Assembly (NCBI GenBank): GCA_965237525.1
Contig: CBDEFO010000007.1
Span: 448,001-512,000, forward strand
From: Candidatus Latescibacterota bacterium
GTDB taxonomy: Bacteria > Latescibacterota > CBDEFO01
Length of the DNA: 64,000 nt
Direction: 5' to 3'
Below, piece after piece: positions 48,611-60,051 of the stretch. Below the pieces are notes generated by a model. That model made no database searches and was not told the origin of the DNA. It saw only the letters and a program-made list of their open reading frames with translations. The stretch's first letter is position 1. Each line of letters starts with the position of its first letter. Both the position numbers and the translations under genes were made by a program.

Positions 48611-50608
48611 TGTTTCCCGCAGGAGCCTATCAATTTCCGTCTTCATGTAGCGCTGGATGGCGGCTACAAAGGTATCGGTGGTCACACCCTTGAGCCGGGT
48701 CTCGAAGCCGTGATCTCCGAAGCCGAAGAGTACCTCCTCTTTTTCGTATCTCTCGGGGTCATCGAAATAGTACGGGCTAGTTCCGCGCAAGGCCTCAGGG
48801 ATTTCATTATTATCGTCAGGGTACACCACGGGATTGGCGATGACGACCTGTGGGCTGTCGTCGTCCAAGTCCGGGTCTTTGCGAGGCACTGTGAAATCCC
48901 CCAGGAGCACCGTCTCCTTCTGCACCGGGGCCCAGTGCGCGATTTTGTAGGTGGGTCCCGGGTCGACCCAGTCCTTCAACTGCCGCCTCACCCTGGTGAA
49001 CTCGTGCCACTTCTTCAGCTCGGGCAAGTGCTCTGGCGGCAGGGAGCTGTGGGCTTCGTACCTGGAGCCATCGCTCTGGGCGCGGATATCATTGAAGACC
49101 ATGAACCAGTTGACGTAATCGCGGCAGCCCCGGGAGAGCTGCATGATCTGGTCGCCACCCTTGGGACTGCAACTGTCGGCGATCACCACGTGAGGCATGT
49201 GCTGGTTGAGGTCTTTGACGAAATCCCTCGTGAACCCCATGCGGATGCTGTAGAAGAGTTCATGGCGGACCTTCAGACGCATGGACATGTGCGAGGGGTT
49301 GCGGAAGTAGTGCAGAGTGAAGCCGTCGCGCAGGTAGTCCTCCAGGGGCTCGACGACCCACTGCCTGCCGTAGCGGTCGTTGCCTATAACTGCGATGCGG
49401 CGGCTGGTCCTGGCGCGAAATTCTCTCAGGAAGCGGAGAAAGCCTACAGCCTCGTACGCGACGCGCCTGACTTCCACGAGGTGCTGTCCGTCCAGCTCGA
49501 ATTCTTCCTCGCAGGGCGGCGGCAATTCTTGCAACTTCTCGAACATGGCGTAGTGCTCCGAGGTGTCCAACGGGTGGTCGAATTGCCAGTTGTACTCAGT
49601 GGTGAAGCGCATGTATTCCAGTTCTTTTTGCAGTTCATTGTCCATGCGGAAGCGGCCGGCGCGGGTCTCTGATCTGAGGCGATCCAGTTCGCCTATGAGG
49701 GACTCAAAATCAGATGGTTGCGCCAGGTAGTCGGTCAGCACGGGGGTCAACGTGACACCGTCGTGGTTCTGGTTGTTGATCCGGGCAATCCACGCGCCCA
49801 GTTGCTCGAAGCGATGCAGGGCCTCGTCCCTCGAGAGGTTTTCCAGAAATTTTTCGACCTGTTCGACGCTGATGACAAGCCCGGACTTGGACGCGGCCAT
49901 CACCAGATCGGTCAGCGCCGGGATATTGTTCGACTTGAGGATGCAGCTGTAGCTTTTGTAAAGGGTTGCTTTGTCAGCCTGTACTTCCTCCTCCATCTCC
50001 TGCAAGTGCTCCAGCAGCCGGGTTTCGGCTTCCAGGATCTGCGCGGGTATGGTCTTTGCCTGGTGCTCGCTGATTTCCTCCCGGACGATGCGCCCGTACC
50101 AGTGGTCGAACACCTCCTTTTCAGCCTCGTCCTGCGTCTCCACGGGTTTGGCGCGCTGTATTTCCACGGCCAAGGCGGCCGCGCAGAGAGGGATCGAGGT
50201 AGTTCCCGCTGCGGCGAGCTGGTCCAGTTGGTCGCGCACGGAACCCGGGAAGTTCGGCCTCTGTTTCAGGTACGCTTCGAGGAACGAAGGGGCCTGTTGA
50301 GGGAAGTTGGCATAAGCTGCTTCAACAATTGTGCGAATTGTGTCGAGGGCCGTTTTGGGAGTTATGCTATCCTTTTTTGATATGGCGATGACCTGAGAAA
50401 CCACGGCTTCGAAGTGGTCGTCCCCCAGGATGAATGAGCGCCAGTCCCCGATTGAATCTATCGGGGATAAACTTCTGTCGGGGATCGGGGAGTGGACGAG
50501 GGTGGAGATGAGATCGTAGCCGGCGTGTTCGTAATGGCCTAGCTGGCACTCGTACCTGAGCAGGTCTTCGAGGGGTTTACCGATTTTTGCCCAAGGTATT
50601 TCTGCCAT
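48599..50608 (-). CDS. Large hypothetical protein
   Basis: Long ORF with GC-rich third codon positions; start placed at MAEIPW. Confidence 0.75.
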   Translation of the reverse strand: MAEIPWAKIGKPLEDLLRYECQLGHYEHAGYDLISTLVHSPIPDRSLSPIDSIGDWRSFILGDDHFEAVVSQVIAISKKDSITPKTALDTIRTIVEAAYANFPQQAPSFLEAYLKQRPNFPGSVRDQLDQLAAAGTTSIPLCAAALAVEIQRAKPVETQDEAEKEVFDHWYGRIVREEISEHQAKTIPAQILEAETRLLEHLQEMEEEVQADKATLYKSYSCILKSNNIPALTDLVMAASKSGLVISVEQVEKFLENLSRDEALHRFEQLGAWIARINNQNHDGVTLTPVLTDYLAQPSDFESLIGELDRLRSETRAGRFRMDNELQKELEYMRFTTEYNWQFDHPLDTSEHYAMFEKLQELPPPCEEEFELDGQHLVEVRRVAYEAVGFLRFLREFRARTSRRIAVIGNDRYGRQWVVEPLEDYLRDGFTLHYFRNPSHMSMRLKVRHELFYSIRMGFTRDFVKDLNQHMPHVVIADSCSPKGGDQIMQLSRGCRDYVNWFMVFNDIRAQSDGSRYEAHSSLPPEHLPELKKWHEFTRVRRQLKDWVDPGPTYKIAHWAPVQKETVLLGDFTVPRKDPDLDDDSPQVVIANPVVYPDDNNEIPEALRGTSPYYFDDPERYEKEEVLFGFGDHGFETRLKGVTTDTFVAAIQRYMKTEIDRLLRETDPR
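50445..50467. repeat. Short palindromic repeat in frame within a CDS (encodes SPIDSIGD)
   Basis: TCCCCGATTGAATCTATCGGGGA. Confidence 0.8.
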
Positions 50609-50792
50609 TGTGAGCCTGTCTTTCCTTATCTTTTCTTTACTCTTATCCACCTTACTGCTTTAGATGCCTCGCAACATAAGGAACAATAGTATCATCAATT
50701 CTGCCTCAACAATTCGATAGCATACAGGGGGGTGAGGTGCCCGGTCTACTGTTTACTATATTTAGAGCTACCGCCTTCCCCTATTATCGCGA

Positions 50793-51719
50793 TCACAACT
50801 CCAGCATCTCCGGGACGTGCTCTCGGTACAACTCTCGCAGGGTTTTTACATCCTCCTCGGTGGCAGACGGATATGGCCCGCGGCTCCTGCTACTGGTCTT
50901 GAGGAATCCAGTCGCCGCACCTCCGAGTCGGTCGTAGGCCGTGTCCGTATATCCACGCTGTCCTAACTCTTCATAAAACTTGTCCACGGACCTAAAGCGG
51001 GCCATGGACTTCTCCAGAGCGGCCCAGTTCTTCTTCACCACTAACTGCCAGATGGACAGGGTGACCCTGGGATTCTCGTAGACCATCGAACTGCAGCATC
51101 CGATTGCCCCTTGTGGCCCGAGCGTCGGCCAGAGTCGCTCACCGACAAATACATTGATGAACTCGGAAAGTTCCCTACAGCCCTTAGGCGTGGCCCCTAC
51201 AGTGCCCGCATTGGTCTTGACCATCAGATAAGTTGGGACAGCGTCTTTAACCGCCCGATGCTGGTCTAGCGTAAGCGTCTTCTTTGCCCGCGTGGTTTCG
51301 TAGATCGAGAGCGGCAGTCCGTCTGCGGCCTCGGTAACCTCCGTGAAGAACGGCACAATCTCTGCATCCCCGACCTCCATCCAGAACGGCAGCGCCACCT
51401 GGATCGCGTCGGCGCCGAGTTCAGCGGTAAAGGAGGCGCGTCGGACTGCGCCGAGTGTGTAGGTCGAGCTGCATCCCACCATAGCCGGCTTGCTATGTGC
51501 GTGGGACTCCTCCACTGTGGCCTTGGCCACGGCCTTGAACTCGTCCAATTCCATTGCATAGAACTCGCCTGTTGTTCCTCCGGTGTATACACCGGGGACG
51601 CCCGCCTTGCAGCAACGCGCTACATCTGCGCGATAGGTCTCTTCGTCGAATTGGTCATTGTCAGTCCAGGCTACCGGTAGACCCGCCCAAGGTCCGGTGA
51701 AGGTGTCTCGGGTCAGCAT
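50793..51719 (-). CDS. Dihydrodipicolinate synthase family (class I aldolase) protein
   Basis: GGTTGEF, GADAIQVALPFW, LSIY and MVKT motifs. Confidence 0.88.
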   Translation of the reverse strand: MLTRDTFTGPWAGLPVAWTDNDQFDEETYRADVARCCKAGVPGVYTGGTTGEFYAMELDEFKAVAKATVEESHAHSKPAMVGCSSTYTLGAVRRASFTAELGADAIQVALPFWMEVGDAEIVPFFTEVTEAADGLPLSIYETTRAKKTLTLDQHRAVKDAVPTYLMVKTNAGTVGATPKGCRELSEFINVFVGERLWPTLGPQGAIGCCSSMVYENPRVTLSIWQLVVKKNWAALEKSMARFRSVDKFYEELGQRGYTDTAYDRLGGAATGFLKTSSRSRGPYPSATEEDVKTLRELYREHVPEMLEL

Positions 51720-52210
51720 CTTTCATTCTCCTCTCCTGTGGGAATTGACTTTTGAAGATTCACTAGTTCGATAGCGCTCTTGCACTGGGTCATCCAGTTC
51801 TCCACTTGCCAAAGAATCCGACCTATGGCGATGACCCCCTACTGTCCCTACGCCCAACGAGGTCTTGTCCCCCAATCAATTGAAGAGGATTAGGTGCCGA
51901 TGTACTGGTCGATGACCTTCTGAGGCTCCGGTAGGGCCGCTCTCTCCCAAACCCACTGTGCCGTCGTCCGCGTGCACGACGTACACCGTGCGTGCGTGGT
52001 ACCATGGTAGTGATTGAGCTGGTAGACGATCCAGTCCTCGTATTCAAGCCAGATTTCGTGAACCTGGATCTTGGTTGCCTTCGCAGTATTTCCTCTATAT
52101 AGCCTCTGTTGCCGTTTTTCCCCGGAAAGCTCTTCAATACTTTTTGGGTGCCCCAGACCGGCACTGCGTGCTGGTCTAGATAAACTTCAGGTAGCTCCAC
52201 TCACTTCGTG

Positions 52211-52243
52211 GCAAGCCCCGGATTGGATCTATCGGGGGCTTGC
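52211..52243. repeat. Short palindromic repeat, intergenic
   Basis: GCAAGCCCCGGATTGGATCTATCGGGGGCTTGC. Confidence 0.75.
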
Positions 52244-52254
52244 TATCTCCCCAG

Positions 52255-53310
52255 CTAAGTGGCTAGGGCATCAGCAGCCGATCTTTCCAAACGGACGGAC
52301 GCCACTCGCCTCCCATCCAAATTGAATTCCTCGCCAGTTCCAGCTTCGCGAAATCCTAGGGACTCGAATAATGCTCGCTTATTTTCATCCTCGACTGAGA
52401 GAGTTGCCGAACATAGAGGTACACCGCGGGAAGCACCCCAAGACATGGCCGCCTCGATCAGGTCTTTCCAGGCGCCTATATAATTTTGATGAGTGAAAGC
52501 GTCCACCTGGCATTGAGTCCCAATAGATTCAATTGAGGGTTGACCCTCGAGGGATTCAATCGGGGATTGATCAAGTTGTGCTGTTGCTAGTCCGACCAGA
52601 TTGCCTCGATCTGTGCGAGCACCAAACCATTCACCCCGGCCTTCTCGGACGAGTGCCTCATACCGGGGATAGAGCCCCATGCATGAATGTTGCACAGCGT
52701 ATCGCGTTGAAAAGATACCCACGTTGGCGTCCAACACCTGCCAGTCGTGAGAAGATATAAGCAGTGGGATCATAGGAATACGCTCAGAGGCCGAGGCTAC
52801 CGCAGTTGTTGTTGAGCCATCTTTCCTGAAGCAGTCCACAAGAAAAGTCTCCGGTGAGTCCCCGCTTGCAATAAAGGCCATTACGTTGGCTCCTGCCAAT
52901 TTCCGCCATCCAAGACGATTGTACACTCGAGCAGCTGCAGGGTTGCCAGTCCCAAGAAAAAGTGCCTGGCCTCCCTGTGTTCGAAAATCGTCAAGCGCAC
53001 GCTCGCAGAGTTTACTGGCTAGCCCCAGACGACGAAACTCAGGAGCAGTCGCCACTTCCCCCAATCCTCCCAATTCCGGATTCGACTTGGAAATTGTCAA
53101 GTGGGAGCTGCTAGCTAATTTCTTCCCTTGGCGCACTAAGTATAGGATGTCCTGGTTTTGTGCACGTTCTGCAGCAGCGAGTACACTTCGCAGATCTTCA
53201 AAGGAAGTTTCGAAGATCACTTCCCAGAAATCGATCAACTCCTCTGTCAAATCATCGGGCAGAGGTGACTCAATTTCTAAGGAGTCCATCTGTTCATCTA
53301 ACTCATTCAT
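52255..53310 (-). CDS. GNAT family N-acetyltransferase (tandem domains)
   Basis: EVATAPEFRRLGLAS, NPAAARVYNRLGW, second LFESLGF. Confidence 0.88.
   Translation of the reverse strand: MNELDEQMDSLEIESPLPDDLTEELIDFWEVIFETSFEDLRSVLAAAERAQNQDILYLVRQGKKLASSSHLTISKSNPELGGLGEVATAPEFRRLGLASKLCERALDDFRTQGGQALFLGTGNPAAARVYNRLGWRKLAGANVMAFIASGDSPETFLVDCFRKDGSTTTAVASASERIPMIPLLISSHDWQVLDANVGIFSTRYAVQHSCMGLYPRYEALVREGRGEWFGARTDRGNLVGLATAQLDQSPIESLEGQPSIESIGTQCQVDAFTHQNYIGAWKDLIEAAMSWGASRGVPLCSATLSVEDENKRALFESLGFREAGTGEEFNLDGRRVASVRLERSAADALAT
52518..52566. repeat. Compound palindromic repeat in frame in the GNAT gene (SPIESLEGQPSIESIG)
   Basis: TCCCAATAGATTCAATTGAGGG..CCCTCGAGGGATTCAATCGGGGA. Confidence 0.7.
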
Positions 53311-53478
53311 TTTTCTTCCAAAATGACAAAGCGGAACCAACTGATCGAAAGGCCCGCCGTCGTAAAGTTCAGATGAGCTGTAACTTTATCGCCTTCCTCC
53401 TCATCTGGAAGCACAGATAGCAGGTGATACGGACTGTGAGATAAGATAACGCATGCGATTAGTCAATGTCAACGCTTA

Positions 53479-53520
53479 ATTCATCCCCGATAGAAGCAAC
53501 GGGGATGAATCTATTGGGGG
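53479..53520. repeat. Compound palindromic repeat, intergenic
   Basis: ATTCATCCCCGATAGAAGCAACGGGGATGAAT followed by CTATTGGGGG. Confidence 0.65.
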
Positions 53521-53595
53521 TCAACATAAAAGAGAAAGGGTTACACAGCGTCCACCCTGTTGTGGGGGATGACTCCTTAAATGACACACCAGTCA

Positions 53596-54646
53596 TCAGC
53601 TTTCAGGTGAAGTAGTATCTGATCCGGATTTGCCGCCCTTTTTCCCCAGTTGCACTTTCAACTCGTAGCATCTGTGAGCCAAGTCAACAAGTTCGGCAAA
53701 GCCCCACGTTCCTCGGTCTGTAAGGATACAAGATAAGTCCGAAGGAATCCCTTCCAGCCCCAGAAAGGCTCCACTGATAGCTCCAGCCATAGCGGCAGTT
53801 GTATCTACGTCTCCACCTACGGCGATTGCAGTGCAGACAGTCTCCCGATAGTCATTTGGTGTTCTCAGAAACGAATATAAACTCCACAGGACACTGCCCG
53901 TAACAACGGGGGATATCCCCTGCCACGCATCCGAATAGTCAGGCGAACCGGCTTTGGAAATTATAGTGGCCGCCTCGTGGGGAGGCAAGGGCATCCATTC
54001 CCTCAATTGCCCAATACCTGAGGCGACCGACTCTTCTATCGTCTCTGTCCACTCGACAAGCTGGGAGAGGAATTGATCTGCCTTAATTCTCTCGCTTTCA
54101 AGGGTTAACGCCACAGGACCGGCGATGGCGACCGAACCGGCTGAGCATCGTCTATCTTGATGAGTGATGCGGCTCTGATCGTGAGCCCTCCGAACAAGCT
54201 CTTTTGGGTCGTCGAAGAACAATAAGCCTACAGGGCCCGCCCGCATGGCACTGCCGTTTCCGGCAGATGGAGGAGGAGTTCCCGCTTCCTCCCACGATGT
54301 GCCCCCTGCCAGACGCCCTGCAGCTTCCTCAGTTGCCCGCCCCCGACCGACAATCCGTCCCTCTGCAAAGATAGCAGCGATCCCGACCGGCGTAATCGCT
54401 GGGATCAAACTCTTTGCAAGCCAGGTAGCTCTGTAAGAGCTCGCGGGCAAGCTGAGAGTCATCCGTATATTGACCGAATGAGAAAGGGTTGCGAGCCCGC
54501 TCTCCTCCGCGCCCTGCCTTTAAAATCTCCCTCACGTACTGCTGGCAAATTTCCGGGGGACAGCCCTCAACCGTGAAACCTAACGCATCGCCCAAACACT
54601 GCCCAATCAAACATCCGCTAAATTGCTCCTTACGGGGCGCGATCAT
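53596..54646 (-). pseudogene. ADP-ribosylglycohydrolase family, +1 frameshift at about 54383
   Basis: GDALG and YTDDSQL in one frame; GNGSAMR, ITH and GGDVDTTAAMAG in another. Confidence 0.85.
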
Positions 54647-54674
54647 CTTGTTCTTTAGTGTTGATATTTAGTTC

Positions 54675-56390
54675 CTACCTATCAGGGCCATCCATTGCGG
54701 CGTTGATCTGCTCAATCTTCTTCTCAACCATTTGCAACCCCATAGTTCTCGCACCAATGGCTAGATAAATGGCACGAGCCTGCTTTAGCAGTTCCAAAGC
54801 CTCCTGCTTCTTTCCCTGAATAGCATCATAGATGATGCCGATGTTGCTAAGGCCATTGGCCTGACCTAAAGGATTGCCAATCTTTTCGTGAATCTCAAGT
54901 GCTGACTTGTAAGACTTCAGCGCATCATCCAGATTCCCCTGATTACCCTGCTCAGCATAGACGTTGCCGATGTTAGCGAGGTCATTGGCCTGACCTAAAG
55001 GATTGCCAATCTTTTCGTGAATGTCAAGTGCCGCCTTGTGAGACTTCAGTGCTTGCTGTAACTTCCCCTGATTCCTAAGGTAGACGTTGCCGATGTTGCC
55101 GAGGTCATTGGCCTGACCTAAAGGATTGTCAATCTCCTGGTGAATGTCAAGTGCCGCCTTGTAAAACTTCAGAGCCTCCTCCAGCTTACCCTGATTCCTA
55201 TAGACGATGCCAATGCTTCCAAGGGCATTAGCCTGACCTAAAGGATTGTCAATCTCCTGGTGAATTTCATGTGCTACCTCGTGAGACTTCAGTGCCTCCG
55301 CCAACTTGCCTTGCTCAGCATATACGTTGCCGATGTTGCCAAGGTCAATTGCCTGACCTTCAGGATTGTCAATCTGCTTGTCAATCTCAAGTGCTGCCTT
55401 ATGCGACTTCAGTGCCTCCTCCAACTTCCCCTGATTAAAGTAGACGTTGCCTGTGTTACCTAGGACATTGGCTCGGCCTAAAAGATTGTCAATCTCCTCG
55501 TGAATGTCAAGTGCTGCCTTATGCGACTTCAGTGCCTCCTCCAACTTCCCCTGATTAAAGTAGACGTTGCCTGTGTTACCTAGGACATTGGCTCGGCCTA
55601 AAAGATTGTCAATCTCCTCGTGAATGTCAAGTGCTGCCTTATGCGACTTCAGTGCCTCCTCCAACTTGCCCTGACTCCTATAGATGTTGCCGATGTTGTC
55701 GAAGGCATTAGCTTGGCCTAAAGGATTCCTAGTCTTTTCGAAAATCTTAAATGCCGCCTCGTAAGACTCCAATGCTTTATCCAAATTCCCCTGCCTAAAG
55801 TATACGATACCGATGTTGCCGAGAAATATTCCTTCAAACTCCCTATCTTGTTTCTTGCGAGCAATCTGAAGTCCAGACATGAAACCATCCTCAGCTTTCG
55901 GAAGGTCTGAGACATAAGAAAGCGAAATGCCAAGGTTTAGGTAAGCAGATATCGTTGGAAGCAGACCAATAGATTTCTGATAATTGCTGGCAGCATCTCG
56001 GTAGCGGTTCGATGCAAAATCACGTTCAGCGGCATTGAAGTAATCCTCCGCTTCGCTGACGACTTCAGCCGCTGCCTCTTCTAACTCGCTTTTGAATCCA
56101 GTCAGAGTTGCCTTCTGGGTAAGTCCTCCTTGAGGATCCTGAATTAACACAATCACAGGTTCCTTCTTACCTAAGGATTCTTTCCATGCGTTTGCTATAC
56201 GGGAAATTGCTAAGAAAACAATGGCGAAAATTAACAGAAGTAGTCGATTTCCCTCAAGCTCTGCAAAGATCGGATCAAGGATCGGAAATTTTTTCAGTTC
56301 GTCTGGGGTGAAGCTTGCCCCGAACAGTAGCCCAGAAACAACTGCCAGAAACTCAAATAGATGAGTTAACAGGATCAGAACACGCATCAT
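54675..56390 (-). CDS. Membrane-anchored TPR protein with 40-aa repeats
   Basis: Two N-terminal TM helices; about nine LGNIGNVY..QGKLEEALKSH..AL.I repeats. Confidence 0.9.
   Translation of the reverse strand: MMRVLILLTHLFEFLAVVSGLLFGASFTPDELKKFPILDPIFAELEGNRLLLLIFAIVFLAISRIANAWKESLGKKEPVIVLIQDPQGGLTQKATLTGFKSELEEAAAEVVSEAEDYFNAAERDFASNRYRDAASNYQKSIGLLPTISAYLNLGISLSYVSDLPKAEDGFMSGLQIARKKQDREFEGIFLGNIGIVYFRQGNLDKALESYEAAFKIFEKTRNPLGQANAFDNIGNIYRSQGKLEEALKSHKAALDIHEEIDNLLGRANVLGNTGNVYFNQGKLEEALKSHKAALDIHEEIDNLLGRANVLGNTGNVYFNQGKLEEALKSHKAALEIDKQIDNPEGQAIDLGNIGNVYAEQGKLAEALKSHEVAHEIHQEIDNPLGQANALGSIGIVYRNQGKLEEALKFYKAALDIHQEIDNPLGQANDLGNIGNVYLRNQGKLQQALKSHKAALDIHEKIGNPLGQANDLANIGNVYAEQGNQGNLDDALKSYKSALEIHEKIGNPLGQANGLSNIGIIYDAIQGKKQEALELLKQARAIYLAIGARTMGLQMVEKKIEQINAAMDGPDR
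55387..55667. repeat. Exact 120-bp tandem repeat (about 2.3 copies) in the TPR gene
   Basis: Lines 55441 and 55561 are identical; lines 55381, 55501 and 55621 are near-identical. Confidence 0.9.
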
Positions 56391-56440
56391 ACGATGTCAC
56401 CTATCACTTCGAAAGTCCATTCGCTTTTCTATCCAATCTC

Positions 56441-56803
56441 CTACACCTTTTTTCTCACCAAATTCATCAAATCCTCCATCGACTTACAGTTGTCAATGTC
56501 GGTATGAGTAATAAGCAAAGTGATATTTTCCTCTTTCTTTACAAAGGCAGATGGGAACTCTATGTCCTTCAAATGATAACGCTTCAAGAATTCATCACGG
56601 TGTAAAAACTCAACAGGTACGTTGAGATTGTCAATGAACTTCTTCCACTCCTGCTTCATACCCATATTGTCATAAGTAATAGCGCATAAATTGCAGGAGT
56701 ACGTGTCGGGTGAGATTATCTTGTGAGCATAGTCGGTAAGCGCATTAAAAAAGCCGCTATCTGCATTATAAACGAAGACTATTGTCAAACCTGAGTTCCC
56801 CAT
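56441..56803 (-). CDS. Conserved hypothetical protein (thioredoxin-like, CxxC)
   Basis: FVYNADSG...HKIISPDTYSCNLCAITY...FLHRDEF. Confidence 0.65.
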   Translation of the reverse strand: MGNSGLTIVFVYNADSGFFNALTDYAHKIISPDTYSCNLCAITYDNMGMKQEWKKFIDNLNVPVEFLHRDEFLKRYHLKDIEFPSAFVKKEENITLLITHTDIDNCKSMEDLMNLVRKKV

Positions 56804-57128
56804 ATTAAATCCTTGTGAATATCAGAATGATATACCCGCATAATAATACTTAGAAGTAACACAGTCAAGTAAAAACAGGATCTTCTGATATATCTTAATG
56901 TTTAGCAGTATGTTAGATAAACCCCTTAAATCCCGCATCGTGAGATCACCTTTTTCATAGTTCCCTGCAAAGTTTATTAGCCTTTCTCTTTGATAGGCTT
57001 TTTCTGTTGCTTTTGAAGAGCTATATAGATAAATTATAAAAACTGGCGTGTTATATGGTCGGTAGCCGTAAACATGGGTACTGCGATAGAAATTCTGGTT
57101 AGACTCTCTGGATAAGGTGGATTCCTGT

Positions 57129-59138
57129 ATGCCCCAATTCAAGCTACGGTCGGATTACGAGCCTCAGGGGGATCAGCCCAGGGCAATAGAAGAGTTGGTG
57201 GAGGGGATAGAAAGGGGAGACAAGTTCCAGACGCTCTTGGGCGTTACAGGGAGTGGGAAGACCTATACTATGGCGTCGGTGATAGAAAAGTTGCAGAAGC
57301 CGACTTTAGTGATGTCTCATAATAAGACTTTGGCGGCGCAGTTGTACGGAGAATTTAAGGGCTTTTTCCCTGAAAACGCTGTGGAGTATTTCATAAGTTA
57401 TTACGATTATTATCAGCCTGAGGCGTACAACGCCGCTACAGACACGTATGTCCAGAAAGAGGTGGATATAAACGACGACATAGACAGATTAAGGCTCCGT
57501 GCGACGAGTTCTCTTTTGGAGAGAAATGACGTCATTACTGTGGCGAGCGTTTCGTGTATATATGGAATAGGTTCTCCGGAGCAGTACAGAAAACTGAACC
57601 TTGCTCTGAAGGTTGGGAATTACATAGAGCGGGATGAGGTTTTGCGACGATTGATAGATATTCACTATAACAGGAACGATTTTGAGCCTAAACGAGGTAC
57701 TTTCAGGGTGAGGGGAGATGTAGTTGAGGTGATTCCCGCTTATGAAAAGGATGCGATAAGGATAGACCTTTTCGGGAATGAGATTGAGGCAATTTCGGTG
57801 ATTGATACGCTTACCGGTGAGATTCTAAACGAACTGGAAGAAGTTGCGATATATCCTGCGAGGCACTTCGTGGTTACTCAACCTACACTTGAACAGGCGT
57901 GCGAAGCTATCCTGCGGGAGTTGGACGAACAGTTGGCCAAATTTCAGTCTGAGGGAAAGCTGCTGGAGGCGCAGAGGTTGGAATCCCGGACGAAGTTCGA
58001 TGTGGAGATGCTCAACGAGATAGGTTACTGTCAGGGAGTTGAGAACTATTCGAGGCACCTTACAGGAAGACGGCCCGGGGAGAGACCCTGGGTCCTCTTA
58101 GACTATTTCCCCAAGGACTTTTTAATATTCATGGACGAATCACACGTGACTGTGCCACAGATCAGGGGTATGTGGGCTGGAGACAGATCGAGGAAGGATG
58201 CATTGATAGAGTACGGATTCAGACTCCCGTCAGCATACGACAACAGACCGTTGTATTTTGAGGAGTTTGAGGAGGTTGTGAACCAAGTTGTATTCGTATC
58301 AGCCACTCCAGCCGAGTATGAGCATGAAAAATGCAACGGTGTGGTGGTGGAACAGATTATCCGTCCTACGGGGCTTGTGGACCCCAAGATTACCGTAAAG
58401 CCTGCAAGGGGACAGGTGGACGATCTGTTGGAGGAAATAAGGGCAAGGGTGGAGAAAAGGGAGAGAGTTTTAGTTACTGCGCTGACCAAAAAGATGTCGG
58501 AGCATCTTGCTGACTATTTAGATAAGATGGGTATCAAGGTGAGATACCTGCATTCCGAAATAGCCGCTTTAGACAGAGTCGTAATCTTGAGAGATTTAAG
58601 GCTGGGAGAGTTTGACGTACTAGTGGGGGTTAATCTTTTACGGGAGGGGTTGGACCTTCCCGAAGTGTCTTTGGTGGCGATATTAGATGCGGATAAGGAG
58701 GGATTCTTAAGGTCTGAAAGATCGTTGATTCAGACTTCGGGCAGGGCGGCAAGGCACGCTGCGGGGGAGGTCATCTTGTACGCGGATAATATGACAGATT
58801 CAATGAGGAGGGCTATCGACGAAACAAACAGGAGGCGGGGAATCCAAGAGGAGTTTAACATGGAGCACGGAATAGAACCTAAATCCATATACAAGTCGGT
58901 AGATGAGGTTATGAAAACTACAGCTGTGGCGGATGTCATAAGAAAGGATAGGTACCAGGTAAGGGAGGAGATGGCAGAGTACACGGCACAGATGGATAGA
59001 GAAGAGTTGATAGAGGTCCTGGAGGGTCAGATGATTGAGGCGGCGTCAAGGCTGGAGTTTGAAAGGGCTGCAAAGTTGAGGGATCAGATTCGAAGGATAG
59101 CGGAGGAGATGGAAAAAGAAGCTAATGTTTTGGATTAG
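57129..59138 (+). CDS. uvrB: Excinuclease ABC subunit B
   Basis: [26 protein letters not shown] and C-terminal [11 protein letters not shown] motifs. Confidence 0.98.
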   Translation: MPQFKLRSDYEPQGDQPRAIEELVEGIERGDKFQTLLGVTGSGKTYTMASVIEKLQKPTLVMSHNKTLAAQLYGEFKGFFPENAVEYFISYYDYYQPEAYNAATDTYVQKEVDINDDIDRLRLRATSSLLERNDVITVASVSCIYGIGSPEQYRKLNLALKVGNYIERDEVLRRLIDIHYNRNDFEPKRGTFRVRGDVVEVIPAYEKDAIRIDLFGNEIEAISVIDTLTGEILNELEEVAIYPARHFVVTQPTLEQACEAILRELDEQLAKFQSEGKLLEAQRLESRTKFDVEMLNEIGYCQGVENYSRHLTGRRPGERPWVLLDYFPKDFLIFMDESHVTVPQIRGMWAGDRSRKDALIEYGFRLPSAYDNRPLYFEEFEEVVNQVVFVSATPAEYEHEKCNGVVVEQIIRPTGLVDPKITVKPARGQVDDLLEEIRARVEKRERVLVTALTKKMSEHLADYLDKMGIKVRYLHSEIAALDRVVILRDLRLGEFDVLVGVNLLREGLDLPEVSLVAILDADKEGFLRSERSLIQTSGRAARHAAGEVILYADNMTDSMRRAIDETNRRRGIQEEFNMEHGIEPKSIYKSVDEVMKTTAVADVIRKDRYQVREEMAEYTAQMDREELIEVLEGQMIEAASRLEFERAAKLRDQIRRIAEEMEKEANVLD

Positions 59139-59156
59139 TTATAAGGAGCATTCACC

Positions 59157-60050
59157 TTGAGCAGGGATATTAAGGGGTTCGATTGGGAGTATGCCGAAAG
59201 GATAGTGGAATCGGCGCTGGAGGAGGATATAGGTTCAGGGGACTTCACAACCCTTTGGTGTGTTGCAGAGGATGCTAAAATTGAATGCCGGATTGTATCA
59301 AAGGAAGAAGGTGTCCTGGCGGGGATGAATGTAGCCCGGTCAGTTTTCTTGAGGATAGATGAGGAGATAGATTTCATAGACTACTTTGAAGATGGAGATC
59401 TTATTAGCACAGGGGATGTTGTCGCTGATGTGAAAGGTAGTGCAAGGGGGATTCTGACAGGGGAGAGAACGGCTCTGAATTTCATTCAAAGGATGTCTGG
59501 AATTGCTTCTGCAACAAACAGATATGTGGATGCAGTTAAAGGAACAGGGGCTGTGATACTCGATACGAGAAAGACTGCACCGGGGTTGAGGGTCCTGGAT
59601 AAATACTCTGTCCGTGTGGGCGGAGGGAGTAACCACAGGCTTGGGCTGTACGATATGATTCTGATTAAGGATAATCATATTGAGGCAGCCGGTGGAATAG
59701 CCGCGGCTGTGGATGGAGCAAGGAGGAATATGAGGGATCGGGGTAAGGATTTGAAGGTGGAGGTTGAGGTTAAGAATATCGCTCAGCTTAGAGAGGCGCT
59801 TTCTGCGTGCCCCGACAGGGTTATGTTGGATAATATGGGAATAGTTGAGACAAACGAGGCCGTCAGGATTGTAAACGAATGGCGCCAGAGGTCGAAGGGG
59901 AAGGTGGAGATCGAGGCTTCGGGGGATGTGACTGTGGAGAACGTGAGAACGATGGCTTGTGTGGGAGTCGATTTTATATCTGTTGGGGCTCTGACACACT
60001 CTGTAAGTGCGCTGGACATGAGTCTTCAGTTCAAAAGTAGTAGATACTAG
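59157..60050 (+). CDS. nadC: Quinolinate phosphoribosyltransferase
   Basis: ERTALN, DTRKT.PG, LIKDNH, MLDN and SVGALTHS motifs. Confidence 0.96.
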   Translation: MSRDIKGFDWEYAERIVESALEEDIGSGDFTTLWCVAEDAKIECRIVSKEEGVLAGMNVARSVFLRIDEEIDFIDYFEDGDLISTGDVVADVKGSARGILTGERTALNFIQRMSGIASATNRYVDAVKGTGAVILDTRKTAPGLRVLDKYSVRVGGGSNHRLGLYDMILIKDNHIEAAGGIAAAVDGARRNMRDRGKDLKVEVEVKNIAQLREALSACPDRVMLDNMGIVETNEAVRIVNEWRQRSKGKVEIEASGDVTVENVRTMACVGVDFISVGALTHSVSALDMSLQFKSSRY

Positions 60051-60051
60051 T

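Noticed and set aside
51823..52200. 125-aa minus-strand ORF
   Set aside because: Looks like a frameshifted gene fragment, but no family could be assigned
55387..55667. CRISPR-like periodic repeats
   Set aside because: Coding 120-bp TPR units without unique spacers; no cas genes
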